DNA of 64,000 nucleotides from a virus: the IMG/VR virus record IMGVR_UViG_3300037418_004082; one strand, 5' to 3'. Under the pieces are notes generated by a model. That model searched no databases, was not told the origin of the DNA, and saw only the letters and a list, made by a program, of their open reading frames with translations. Position 1 is the stretch's first letter. The number at the start of each line of letters is the position of its first letter. A program made the position numbers and the translations under genes. Positions 1-9,336 of the stretch are shown in pieces.

Positions 1-1
1 C

Positions 2-715
2 GGCCAGGCGCGAGCGCTGGACGTCGGCCGCCGGGGAGGGCAGTTGCTTGCGCACCTGGTGCGCCACCACCCGACCCACGTCGCTCGACAGGTGGTCGAG
101 CGCCGGCTGACAGTCGGCCAGCTCGTGCGGGCAGCAGACGAGGCCCGCCCGGTGGAGCTGCACAGCGATGTACGCCTTGACCTCTTCGCTCAAGGGCGTC
201 AGCCGGTCGATAACCCGCATGAGCCGGTGAGCCCACGCGATCTCGTGCGGGTCCAGCTCCTGCGTCAAGGTGAAGTCCACGGGCCGCCCGTTGAAGGCCA
301 CCGCGGCCTTCTCGAACATGTGCCAGTGCTCGAAGACGTCGGGGTCGTAGAGCGTCTGGCGGGCGAACAGGAGGCTCGTGGTCTCGTGGGCGGTCAAGCC
401 CAATGATTCCATCAGCGTTTCGGGCTCGTACTGCACCCAGACGGGCCCCAGCTCGCGTTCCGCGCGAACGGCCAAGCCCAGGGCGGTGCCGGCGGGCCGG
501 GCGGCCTGCTTCTGGACCCCGGGCTGTTCGAGGTGCTGGACGCCGGACGTCAGCAGCCGCGCGCCCACGCGCTCGGCCACCGCCTTGCGGTCGCGCGACG
601 AGTCCAGCAGGTCCGCAACCGACTTGAGGCCGGAGACCACCTGCTGGACCTGCTGCTCGCGTTTCGCGCGCTCCGCTTCGTCCGGCGCGCCGGGGACGCT
701 AGGCGTGGGGAGCAC
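2..715 (-). CDS. Conserved hypothetical, probably virion-associated protein; runs off the left edge
   Basis: Hand translation from GTG at 715 (VLPTPSVPG...YEPETLMESLG...FEKAAVAFNGRPVDF...) is open to position 1, with GC3-biased codons. Start overlaps the stop of 699..1748. Missing from the ORF track because it has no stop in the window. Confidence 0.75.
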   Translation of the reverse strand, partial: MLPTPSVPGAPDEAERAKREQQVQQVVSGLKSVADLLDSSRDRKAVAERVGARLLTSGVQHLEQPGVQKQAARPAGTALGLAVRAERELGPVWVQYEPETLMESLGLTAHETTSLLFARQTLYDPDVFEHWHMFEKAAVAFNGRPVDFTLTQELDPHEIAWAHRLMRVIDRLTPLSEEVKAYIAVQLHRAGLVCCPHELADCQPALDHLSSDVGRVVAHQVRKQLPSPAADVQRSRLA

Positions 716-1748
716 GCGCGCTGACCAGCAGCATGCGCTGCTGCGGAAGCTCCAGCTCCGCGAGCGCCGCCGCGAACTTGCGCATGTTGCCCCGCACCGC
801 GAACGCGCCGGGCGCGATGTCCGCGAGCACGTGGTCCGGGATGCCGTGCACGATGTCCTGCAGCGCCATGTGGACGCCCGCGAGCTTGACGTTGGCGGGG
901 TACATGTCCTCGTCCACCGGGCGGTACGCGATGGCCGGCAGGCCGATCAGACCGACGGCCTGGTCGAAGCCCGCGAGCTTGTCGAGCGTCGCGTAGGCGT
1001 CCCAGAACTCCGCGCCCAGCTCCTCGTCGTGTGCGAGCTTGCACAGCTCGTTGTACGCCGTCATGAAGCCGTCGTCGAAGCGGTGCACGGGACGGTACGC
1101 GTGCGGCAGGTCCACGTTGCGGGCGCTCGCCGCCTTGCGCAGCCCGTCGAGGTGCGCGGCCTCGTCGTGGTTCTGGCGGATGATTGCGACGCGCTGGCGC
1201 ACGGAGTCGATGACGTGCGACCGCTTCACGGCTTGCGCGGCCTGCTTCACGATGGCCGGCACCGGGATGTTGGCCTCGGTCAGTACCTCGTCGAGCACGG
1301 CGGCGGTCTTGTGGACCTCCTCCAGCGGCAGCTCGTTCGGCCGGAAGCTGTGCGCGGACGCGTAGGCCGCCTGGACCTCCGTCATCACGGGCGCCTCCGA
1401 CGCCGCCTTCTGCACCGGCTCCTCCAGCATGGGGAGGATGATGTCCTCCACACCGTGGATCGCGGCCGCGTACTTGATCTGGTCGCGGACGAAGTTGCGG
1501 TCGTCCACGTTGCCGATCTGGGAGGCGGTCTTCGTGAAGTAGAAGGCCGCCAGCCAGGTGTCCGCGGCCGTGTCGCAGGCGAACTTCTTGAGCTTGGGCC
1601 AGGCGTACAGGGTCTTCTCGGCGCGCGTGGCCTCGCCCGGGGCCTCGGCGGCCGCCTTCACGAACTCCGGGATGGCGGACTCGCCGTGGTCGTGGATGTG
1701 CCGGGTCAGCACCGCGCTGGTGGTGTCGTCGTGGTAGTCGAACAGCAT
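699..1748 (-). CDS. K-x-A-motif-rich hypothetical protein, putative head/internal virion protein
   Basis: ORF 699..1811; ATG at 1748 (MLFDY) follows an SD-like GGAGAC. 12 of 16 lysines are in K-x-A. Confidence 0.8.
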   Translation of the reverse strand: MLFDYHDDTTSAVLTRHIHDHGESAIPEFVKAAAEAPGEATRAEKTLYAWPKLKKFACDTAADTWLAAFYFTKTASQIGNVDDRNFVRDQIKYAAAIHGVEDIILPMLEEPVQKAASEAPVMTEVQAAYASAHSFRPNELPLEEVHKTAAVLDEVLTEANIPVPAIVKQAAQAVKRSHVIDSVRQRVAIIRQNHDEAAHLDGLRKAASARNVDLPHAYRPVHRFDDGFMTAYNELCKLAHDEELGAEFWDAYATLDKLAGFDQAVGLIGLPAIAYRPVDEDMYPANVKLAGVHMALQDIVHGIPDHVLADIAPGAFAVRGNMRKFAAALAELELPQQRMLLVSARAPHA

Positions 1749-1761
1749 GGAAGGCGTCTCC

Positions 1762-2178
1762 CTAGTAGGCCGGAAGGCCGACGGCCTTGCGCAGAGCGGC
1801 GTAGGTGTCACGATCGCGCAGGTAGCACACCGTCACGGTCTTGATGGAATTATCGCCCCGGCGCGCCGCGTTCACCAGAAGCACGTACTTCCAGCCGCGG
1901 AAGGTCACCCGCATCGACTCGCCGTCGCCATGACGGATGGGGGCGCCGTTGACGCGCTGGCCGTCGGACTCCAGCACCTTGGTGTTGATGGAGTCCGACG
2001 TCACGTGGAGCACTTCCAGCTTGTCGTTGTCCTCCTGGCTCTTGTTGAAGTGCGGATCTTCGTCCTCCTGGAGCACGAAGGTCGTCGCCGCGTTGACCCT
2101 GTCCTTCAACAGGGCCACGATCTCGGGCGTGTGCTCGGGCTGCTTACGCGGCGCGGCCGGTTTGATGTCCATCGTCAA
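1762..2178 (-). CDS. Hypothetical protein
   Basis: 138 aa ORF, SD GGAGG before TTG/ATG, in operon order. Confidence 0.75.
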   Translation of the reverse strand: MTMDIKPAAPRKQPEHTPEIVALLKDRVNAATTFVLQEDEDPHFNKSQEDNDKLEVLHVTSDSINTKVLESDGQRVNGAPIRHGDGESMRVTFRGWKYVLLVNAARRGDNSIKTVTVCYLRDRDTYAALRKAVGLPAY

Positions 2179-2187
2179 CTGTCCTCC

Positions 2188-3642
2188 TTAAGCGAGTGGT
2201 TGCCAACCTTGGATGTTGAGAACGGTCGCGACGGTGTTTAATGCCGTGTTGACCACCGTGCGTTCACCGCCCGCGCAGAAGAACGCGGCGAATACCGCGT
2301 CGTCATCCGTCACGATGGGCGCGTTGGCCGCGAAGCCACTTAGCCCCTGGTGAAGTGCATAGTTGAGTTGGTGATTGCCGCCCTGCACGGGCGGGATGAC
2401 CATGATCGATGCCGACAACGACAGGATCGACGCGAGGAAGTCGGCCACACCGTCGTCCATCGAGTCGATCAGGTTCGCCGCACGATCCGCGCCGTCGGCG
2501 ATCGTGTTGCCGGTCGTGGCGAGCGCCACCTGTCCCAGGTTCTGGGCCGCCACCGCACCCTCGCCGATCAGGTCGAGCGTCGCGATGGTCTTGTCCACGA
2601 AGGAACCCGCGCCGGGCACGAGCTTGTTGAGCGAGTCGCCCACGGTGATCGCGTGCCACACGTTCCACATGGCCGGGTCCCCGATCGTGGAGAGCGCGTC
2701 GAAGATGGTGGGCGCCTCGACGGTCAACGTGCCGGCGTCCATCTTCGCACCCTTGTGCGTCACGGCCACCGCGTGATCGCCCGCGCCCAGTTGCGACGGC
2801 AGCACCTGGCACTGCAGCGTATTTTCATCGATGAACGCGGTGGCTTGCGGGTGATCGTCCACCGTGATGAAGTCCTGCAGGTCGAAACCTTGGCCCTTCA
2901 CGCTGATGACGACGGCTTCGTCCGGCTTCACGGAGCTGGGCGTCACGGCGTCGATGTTGAACGACCCCGCCTTGAGCAGGTTGAGCGGATACACGTCGCC
3001 GTTCACGATCTTCGCGATGGGACTCGCCTCGAAGGCGCTCTTGATCCGCGTGGTCGCGGAGTCCCACAGGTCTTCCGGCAGCGACACGAGGTCGCTGAAG
3101 GCGTCGCTCACGCTGCCCAGGGCCGGGCTCGTGCCCAGCAGGTCCGACAGGGCCTTGCCGGCCGCCTCCGTGTCGCCCGTGAGCATCAGCAGCAGCACGA
3201 TGGCCGCGTCGAAGAGCGCTTCCGGCGGGCCGGCGAACAGGACGAGCACGCCGCCCGCGTAGGCGTCGTCGGCGAAGTCCGGGGCGGAGAGGTCGCTGTC
3301 GGGCGCCGTGATCCCCCGGCCGATGGTGTCGAGCACGCGCCCGAAGCCGCCGAAGTCCGGCCGCATGATGTACCAGTGGACCCCGCTGGTCCACGCGCTG
3401 TCCAGGAAGTTCGCGGCGGCGTCGGTGAGCGCCTGCACCTCGGTGCCTTGCTGGACCTGCTGGTTGTACCACGTGGCGAGCCGCTGGTTCACATCGCGCG
3501 CCTTCGTGGCCGTGCTCTGCAGGGGCGTCTTCACGCCGTCGAGTAGCCCGCGCGTGGCGTCGAGCAGGTGCGTGAACTCGTTGCCGGCGGGGCCGATGGA
3601 CTGCAGGTTGGCGGAAACCCAGAAGGGCGCGACGTTCGCCAT
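2188..3642 (-). CDS. Baseplate/tail-associated structural protein with a central IPT/TIG-like Ig domain
   Basis: NIDAVTPSSVKPDEAVVISVKGQGF...FIDENTLQCQV is an IPT/TIG pattern; gene lies in the spike operon. Confidence 0.65.
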   Translation of the reverse strand: MANVAPFWVSANLQSIGPAGNEFTHLLDATRGLLDGVKTPLQSTATKARDVNQRLATWYNQQVQQGTEVQALTDAAANFLDSAWTSGVHWYIMRPDFGGFGRVLDTIGRGITAPDSDLSAPDFADDAYAGGVLVLFAGPPEALFDAAIVLLLMLTGDTEAAGKALSDLLGTSPALGSVSDAFSDLVSLPEDLWDSATTRIKSAFEASPIAKIVNGDVYPLNLLKAGSFNIDAVTPSSVKPDEAVVISVKGQGFDLQDFITVDDHPQATAFIDENTLQCQVLPSQLGAGDHAVAVTHKGAKMDAGTLTVEAPTIFDALSTIGDPAMWNVWHAITVGDSLNKLVPGAGSFVDKTIATLDLIGEGAVAAQNLGQVALATTGNTIADGADRAANLIDSMDDGVADFLASILSLSASIMVIPPVQGGNHQLNYALHQGLSGFAANAPIVTDDDAVFAAFFCAGGERTVVNTALNTVATVLNIQGWQPLA

Positions 3643-3643
3643 G

Positions 3644-5020
3644 CTACCCTCCCACGATCGGTGCGAGGAACACCCACGACGCGTCGCTCGACGCCAGGTA
3701 GAACTTGGCGTAGATGACCTGGCCCGGGTTGTGACGCTTGGGCAAGCCCGCCTGCAGGGCGGCCTGCACGGCCGGGCCCATCTCCGCGACCGTGCCCTCG
3801 TAGCGGTACACGAAGACGGTGCCGATGGCGAGCGCGCCGCCCAGCTTCAGCCCGATGCCGCCCAGGCGATCGATCATCGCCTCGAAGTCCTTCACGGCCT
3901 TCTTGAGCCCGTTCTCCTGCTCGGTGTAGGAGTCCAACAGACGCTGGATGCCGGCCGCGCGATCGGCGTACGCCCCGACGATGCTGATGACCGTCTCCGC
4001 CGCGGCGTCGAGCTGCGCCTTCACGCCGTCCATCGCGTCCGCCAGGTACTTGAAGACGGGGATGGCGTCACCGATCGCGAGGTCGCCATCGTGCACGATG
4101 CCCGTGTCGGCAGGCAGCGGGATGGGATCGGCGTCGGTGCCGTCGTCGGCGTCGCCCGACGGATCGTCGGTAGGCAGCTCGGGCACGGGGCTCTCGGCAG
4201 GTGGGATGTACCCCAGGTCCTTGGTCTCGAACTCGTGCGTCGTGGTCATCAACTTGAAGTAGTACGTGCCTTCGTCAAGCGTGTCCGTCAACGTGTAGTG
4301 GTGCGTCAAGCCGTCCTGCGAGAACGCGAACGTCGCCACGAGGTCGTCGTGATGTGTGACCACGGTGGTCACCTCCAGCGTATCGGGGTCGGTCACGTCC
4401 TCGCTGGTGTCGTACTTCGTACGCAGCTCCAGCGTGTAGGCCACGTTTGCCGTCAAGGACGTGATCCAGGTGCACGACAAAAACGGTCCCGCGGTCGCGA
4501 TCTCCACGTTGCTGATCTCGTTCTCCGGCGGAGGCGGCGGGAACAAGTCGGGCATGTCGGGCCCCGACGTGAAGAAGTTGGCGAGCCCGTGGAACGCGCC
4601 TTCCGACGCCGTGAAGAAGAACACGCCCTTGACGGTGGCGGTCGGCGGGGTGTTGCCGAAGCCGCCCGCGAACTGCGCCGTGCACTGGTTGCCGAAGTCG
4701 CCCACGGTGCCCAGGTAGCTGTAGGCGTCGATGCGCAGGGCGATGCCGTTCGCGAACTCCGACAGCTTGGCGGTGATGGCCGCGACCAACCCCTGGATCA
4801 AGGCAATCAGCGCCGCGCCCGCGCCGCCCAGCGCGAGCAGCGGCAGGGCCGCGAGCATCGCCGCGAACTTGGCGACCTGGATGATGACCAGGACGACGGC
4901 TACCACGGCGCCCAGGATGCCCGGGATCACCTTGAGCGGCGCGAAGATGTTCAGCAGCGCGCCGATCCCCGGCAACGCCGCCCCCAACGATCCCTGCGAC
5001 TTGAGCTGGAACTGGGCCAC
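3644..5020 (-). CDS. Baseplate/tail-associated structural protein with duplicated terminal modules and a central beta-rich domain
   Basis: 458 aa, SD GGAGG; YSYLGTV and YRYEGTV modules at the two ends; context. Confidence 0.6.
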   Translation of the reverse strand: MAQFQLKSQGSLGAALPGIGALLNIFAPLKVIPGILGAVVAVVLVIIQVAKFAAMLAALPLLALGGAGAALIALIQGLVAAITAKLSEFANGIALRIDAYSYLGTVGDFGNQCTAQFAGGFGNTPPTATVKGVFFFTASEGAFHGLANFFTSGPDMPDLFPPPPPENEISNVEIATAGPFLSCTWITSLTANVAYTLELRTKYDTSEDVTDPDTLEVTTVVTHHDDLVATFAFSQDGLTHHYTLTDTLDEGTYYFKLMTTTHEFETKDLGYIPPAESPVPELPTDDPSGDADDGTDADPIPLPADTGIVHDGDLAIGDAIPVFKYLADAMDGVKAQLDAAAETVISIVGAYADRAAGIQRLLDSYTEQENGLKKAVKDFEAMIDRLGGIGLKLGGALAIGTVFVYRYEGTVAEMGPAVQAALQAGLPKRHNPGQVIYAKFYLASSDASWVFLAPIVGG

Positions 5021-5029
5021 GGATCCTCC

Positions 5030-5230
5030 TTAAGGCGACGCGTCGATCGCCGCGACGATCGGCGTCAGCAGCGCCAGCACGTACGTGTCGATGATGGTCG
5101 CGAGCTTCGCGGCCTGGGCCTGGGTGCTCGTGCCGTCGGCCGGCTTGAGCATGCCCTCCAACGACGTCGTCATGGCGGCGAGCGCGGTCGGGTGGATCCC
5201 TTGGAGAATAGCGGAAGCGGCTGACGGCAT
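5030..5230 (-). CDS. Small hypothetical structural protein
   Basis: 66 aa, SD AGGA, fills the gap in the operon. Confidence 0.65.
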   Translation of the reverse strand: MPSAASAILQGIHPTALAAMTTSLEGMLKPADGTSTQAQAAKLATIIDTYVLALLTPIVAAIDASP

Positions 5231-5240
5231 ACGTTTCCTC

Positions 5241-6401
5241 CTAGTTCTTCGTGAGGTCCACGACGTGGCTCAAGATGTCGAGGCCGTCCACGAACGGGTG
5301 GCCCGCAGCGGCCGCGCCCGGCGGGAACGTGGGACCCATCGGGCTCACCAGTACCAGCTCGGTGTTGATGTACTGGATCAGCTTCTTCAGGAGGTTCACG
5401 GCGTCGGTGCCCATCACGGCGGGCTGGCCGCCCTCGCCGCCCAGGTGCACGTGCGGCGAGTTGATGGTCTTCTTCACGCCAATCGTCTCGACCGACGAGC
5501 CATCCACGTCGATCTCCTGGCTTCCGCCCACGATCAACTTCTGGTTCTTCGTGATGCCGACGCCTTGGTTGCCGTTGATCTCCGTCAACTCGTCGCCCTT
5601 GAGCCAGCGGTGCTGCACCCCGTTCTGGTCGAGCTGGAACGTAGCCACGGGCGTCTCGCAGTCCTTCGCGTGAAGCGTCCAGCTCAAGAAGGGGCTCCCC
5701 TCGCTGTCGCTCTTGCCCAGCACGAGGTCGAACGCGAACTTGTCGTCATAGGTGTTGGGGCCGTGCATGTTGCAACGCATGTGCAACTTGGTCTTGCCCT
5801 CGTCATTGAGGATCTCGATGTGCCCCCAGTCCGTGAACATCTGGAACTGACGTGACACCAGACGTGTGAGGTGGTCCACCTGCATCATCAGCAACTGGCA
5901 GAGGTCGTCTACCTTGATGCCGGCCACGCCGCCACGTAGCGCGAAGACGCTCGCGCCGTCGCTCGACCGGAAGCCCCGGTCGCCCGCGATCAAGTCGTAA
6001 GGCCGATGCGAGCGGAAGTTCTTGACCTTGTGCTCGACCACGCGGTACGGCGTGGGGGACCCGGTCAACGAAAGCCAGGTGTTGAGGGCCTTGTCGTAGT
6101 CGTCGTGCTCCGGCGGGCGGCCTTCGGCGAAGTAGCTGGCCGGCGGAAAACAATGCTCGATCGCCTCCATACCCAGCTCGTGCGTGAGCTTGCCCTTCCA
6201 TCCGGGCTCCGGCGTCGAAATGTCGCCTCCACCATCCGGGCCCGCTTCGCTGATAATTAAAACGTCGGGCAACACCTGACCGTCGGACGACAGTACCGAC
6301 GCCGTCATACGCACGGGATCCACCGTCAGGATGGTCACGTACCCGCGAGAGGCACTGTCCTCCTGGTGGACCTGATACGGATTGCGAGGCGAGCGGGACA
6401 A
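5241..6401 (-). CDS. Baseplate central spike (gp5/gpV-like)
   Basis: N-terminal OB-like strand set (TILTVDPVRMTASV...PEPG), C-terminal beta-helix repeats (EINGNQ, LIVGGSQEIDVDGSS) and HLGG...PAVMG...SPMGPT tail; adjacent to gp25-like and J-like genes. Confidence 0.75.
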   Translation of the reverse strand: MSRSPRNPYQVHQEDSASRGYVTILTVDPVRMTASVLSSDGQVLPDVLIISEAGPDGGGDISTPEPGWKGKLTHELGMEAIEHCFPPASYFAEGRPPEHDDYDKALNTWLSLTGSPTPYRVVEHKVKNFRSHRPYDLIAGDRGFRSSDGASVFALRGGVAGIKVDDLCQLLMMQVDHLTRLVSRQFQMFTDWGHIEILNDEGKTKLHMRCNMHGPNTYDDKFAFDLVLGKSDSEGSPFLSWTLHAKDCETPVATFQLDQNGVQHRWLKGDELTEINGNQGVGITKNQKLIVGGSQEIDVDGSSVETIGVKKTINSPHVHLGGEGGQPAVMGTDAVNLLKKLIQYINTELVLVSPMGPTFPPGAAAAGHPFVDGLDILSHVVDLTKN

Positions 6402-6427
6402 GGTTACTCCGCGCGAGGAATGCGAAC

Positions 6428-6766
6428 GTGGGAAGCGAAAAAGATACGACGTTGAAGCGGTTCTTGGAGGCCCGGAAGTCCTTCCGGTCGGCCGTCGAGG
6501 AACTTAAGTTCCCGGCGTACTCCAAAGTGGTGACCCCTGCTTTGCATGATACCACTAAATTAGCCAAGCTGACGCGTTCATTAACCACCGACAAGCAAGT
6601 CGCCGTGCAGCAGCACGCCCACGACATCATCGCGTCGAGCCGACGCGCAGTTGCCCTGCGGAACAAGACCTTCCTCGACCACGTCGCGGACGCCAAGGCC
6701 GCGCGTCCGATGCAGGATCGGTACGAGGAGAGCCGCCTGGCGCGCTACGAAAGCGAGCGGTTCTAA
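6428..6766 (+). CDS. Hypothetical protein
   Basis: 112 aa, SD GAGG, stop overlaps the next ATG (TAATG). Confidence 0.65.
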   Translation: MGSEKDTTLKRFLEARKSFRSAVEELKFPAYSKVVTPALHDTTKLAKLTRSLTTDKQVAVQQHAHDIIASSRRAVALRNKTFLDHVADAKAARPMQDRYEESRLARYESERF

Positions 6767-7221
6767 TGGCCCTGTTCGGGATGTCGGCCGGCACGTTCGA
6801 GAAGATCGGCACCAACCTCTACCGCATCAACCTCAAGAAGGGCTTCAGCGAGGCGCGTTTCGCGACCGACACCGACAAGCTCCTGTTCGAGGTATTCTAT
6901 TACGTGCTGACGCCCCTCGGATCCATCCCCACGGACCCGGACGCGGGCACGCTCATCCCCAACATGATCGGCCGGGTCGCGCTCAACAGCAGCGTCTCCG
7001 CGCAGAACATGATGGTCAACGAGCTGAACCGCGCCGAAGCCGGCATCAAGTTGCGCCAGCAGCAGAACCCCGACCTGCCCGCCACCCAACGGTTGGGCCG
7101 GCTCGAAGCCGAACGCATCGAAGTCAACACGCCCGAACAAGCCATCGACATGGTGCTGGCGATCACGGACGGCACCGGGAAGCGCGTCGGCTTCACCATC
7201 ACGACCGGGCTGGGAGGCTAA
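6766..7221 (+). CDS. gp25/gpW-like baseplate wedge protein
   Basis: LLTPLGS-x-P-x-DP-x-x-GT-like motif (VLTPLGSIPTDPDAGT) and QQQNPDLPATQRL; size and position before the J-like gene. Confidence 0.75.
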   Translation: MALFGMSAGTFEKIGTNLYRINLKKGFSEARFATDTDKLLFEVFYYVLTPLGSIPTDPDAGTLIPNMIGRVALNSSVSAQNMMVNELNRAEAGIKLRQQQNPDLPATQRLGRLEAERIEVNTPEQAIDMVLAITDGTGKRVGFTITTGLGG

Positions 7222-7224
7222 CTC

Positions 7225-8700
7225 ATGGCGACCATCAACGACGTCATCTTGCAGCAAGCGGAGCAGTTCTTGGTGGAGGCCATCAAGGCGGGCTTCGAGG
7301 GCGACGCCGACGCGATCGACCTGCGCCCCGGCACGCCCCAGTACGACCTGTTCGTGCGGCCCCAGCTTCCCGTGCTGGCGCGCGTCATCGCCAAGCTGAA
7401 CGACGCGGACCGCAAGGCCACGCCCCTGAACTTCGACCAGCTCACCCAGACGGAGCTGTTCGCCATCGGTGACCGCTGGCAGGTCAACCCGACCACGGGC
7501 CGCAAGGCCGGCGGCTCCGTCCGCATCAAGCTGAAGGAGCGCGTGGCCGTGTCGGTGTCTCCCGCCGACGAGATCGTGCAGAACGGCCTCGTCTACCACC
7601 CGACCGCCGTGGTGGACCTGGCCGCGAGCGACCTTTCGTTCGAGTCCGTGCTGGACTACTACTACGCGGACGTCCAGATCGAGTCGGACGACGTGGGATC
7701 GAAGTACATCACGGGCATCGACACCAAGTTCACGATGGCGGCTTACGACGGCGACACGAACCTGATCGAGATCGTCGCCGTGACGCCGATCAGCGGGGGC
7801 TTCGACGTCGAGGCGAACGCCGACTACTACCAGCGCATCCGCACGACGAGCGTGGTGCGCAACTTGATCAACAACTTGAGCATCAACAACGTGCTCAAGG
7901 ACCAGTTCGCGGGTTCGATCCAGCGCTTGCTGGTGGTGGGCTACCAGGACGCGGAGATGCGCCGCGACCTCAAGACGGTGGTGGACCCCTTGTTGGGGAA
8001 CATCAGCCTGCACCTGGGTGGGCACACGGACATCTACGTGAAGACTCCGATCATCCGCAAGACCGTCGAGATCTTCGTGCCGTCGGGCGGGTTCGAGATC
8101 GATATGAGCGCGTACCTTGCCTTGCTGAAGGTGCATTCCGTCACGCGAAAGAGCGATCCTACCACGCCGCTCTACTTCGCCCTCACCAACACCCGCGTCG
8201 ATACGCGTTACTCCGCGCGTGACGGAGTGCGCCTGTTCGTGGACCCGGGCGTCGTGAACGACACGATCGTCGTGGATATGTCGTACGCGCCCGACGTCGT
8301 CGAGATCCAGGCGTTCGTGGATAGCGAGGACCAGCACGTGACGAACGCCGACCAGCTCGTGCGTTTCTTCCACCCGGTGTGGCTGTCGAGCCTGATCTAC
8401 GTGCAGGGCATTGGCACCGGCGACTCCGCCGCGTCGGCCGCGATGGAGGTGTACCTGGAGGGGCTGACGAACGCGGAGCCCCTGGCCGTGAGCCGCCTGA
8501 CCGAAGCGATCTACAAGTCGAGCGCGGTGAACGTCGTGCAGGACTACGCGCTGACCGCCCAGGTCTACTACGGCGACGGCACCCAGGTGGAGCTAACCGA
8601 CAGCAACGTGCTCGTGATCCCCGACAACCTCGCGAAGGGTTTCACGCAGCGAGTGGCGTGTTACGTGAACGAGGCGATTCGTCTCGTGCCAGTGGGTTAG
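7225..8700 (+). CDS. Baseplate J / gp6-like wedge protein
   Basis: IDLRPGT...DLFVRP N-terminus; GGFDVEANADYYQRIR; VVGYQDAEMRRD; GGHTDIYVK. Confidence 0.8.
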   Translation: MATINDVILQQAEQFLVEAIKAGFEGDADAIDLRPGTPQYDLFVRPQLPVLARVIAKLNDADRKATPLNFDQLTQTELFAIGDRWQVNPTTGRKAGGSVRIKLKERVAVSVSPADEIVQNGLVYHPTAVVDLAASDLSFESVLDYYYADVQIESDDVGSKYITGIDTKFTMAAYDGDTNLIEIVAVTPISGGFDVEANADYYQRIRTTSVVRNLINNLSINNVLKDQFAGSIQRLLVVGYQDAEMRRDLKTVVDPLLGNISLHLGGHTDIYVKTPIIRKTVEIFVPSGGFEIDMSAYLALLKVHSVTRKSDPTTPLYFALTNTRVDTRYSARDGVRLFVDPGVVNDTIVVDMSYAPDVVEIQAFVDSEDQHVTNADQLVRFFHPVWLSSLIYVQGIGTGDSAASAAMEVYLEGLTNAEPLAVSRLTEAIYKSSAVNVVQDYALTAQVYYGDGTQVELTDSNVLVIPDNLAKGFTQRVACYVNEAIRLVPVG

Positions 8701-8707
8701 GAGGTAC

Positions 8708-9334
8708 GTGATGAGTCTGCCAGCGTTCGTTCCCTGCTTCTGGATTGAAGAGATCGGCCAGGCGCGCCGCATGTTTCGTCGTTACCGATCGAGCATCGCA
8801 GAGCCGGTGAGCGTGTGTGATGCACGCTACGGCTACCACAACGCGCACGCGCCGCTCGACATCTCCGAAGTTCCTATCGAAGCGACGATGACGAGCACGA
8901 GCCCGAACGAGTTCAAGGACGATCCTCGCTGGCCCGTGAAGTGCGACCACTGCGACTACGTGTTCCAGCCCGACGACAACTACCAGATCTTTCAGGAACG
9001 CCTCTACCGTCGCACCGACACGGGCGAGGTGGTGGACCTGCGGACGGTGAGCCCCGGCGCGATGTGGAACGCCTGGTGGATGGCGGACCTCGACCCCGAA
9101 CGGCCTGGCCCCGACGGCAAGGTCCTGATGATCAAGCTCCCGGGCGGCCACGAGTGGTGTCCCGATCGCCCCTCGTCGAACGGCACCGGCCGCTGGCAGC
9201 GTACGGGCGACCCGACCGACCCCAAGACCCTCACCATCCGGCCCAGCATCCTGTTCGAAGGTAAGCCGCGCTTCCACGCGTACCTGACCGACGGCAAGCT
9301 GGATGTCCTGCCCGATTCGGAGCCCTGGGAGTAG
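8708..9334 (+). CDS. DUF6527-like metal-binding protein; true start uncertain
   Basis: CDHC, then PGAMWNAWW...GPDGKVLMIKLPGGHEW and W-x-R-x-G...LTIRPSIL...FHAYLTDGKL. Confidence 0.55.
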   Translation: MMSLPAFVPCFWIEEIGQARRMFRRYRSSIAEPVSVCDARYGYHNAHAPLDISEVPIEATMTSTSPNEFKDDPRWPVKCDHCDYVFQPDDNYQIFQERLYRRTDTGEVVDLRTVSPGAMWNAWWMADLDPERPGPDGKVLMIKLPGGHEWCPDRPSSNGTGRWQRTGDPTDPKTLTIRPSILFEGKPRFHAYLTDGKLDVLPDSEPWE

Positions 9335-9336
9335 CC

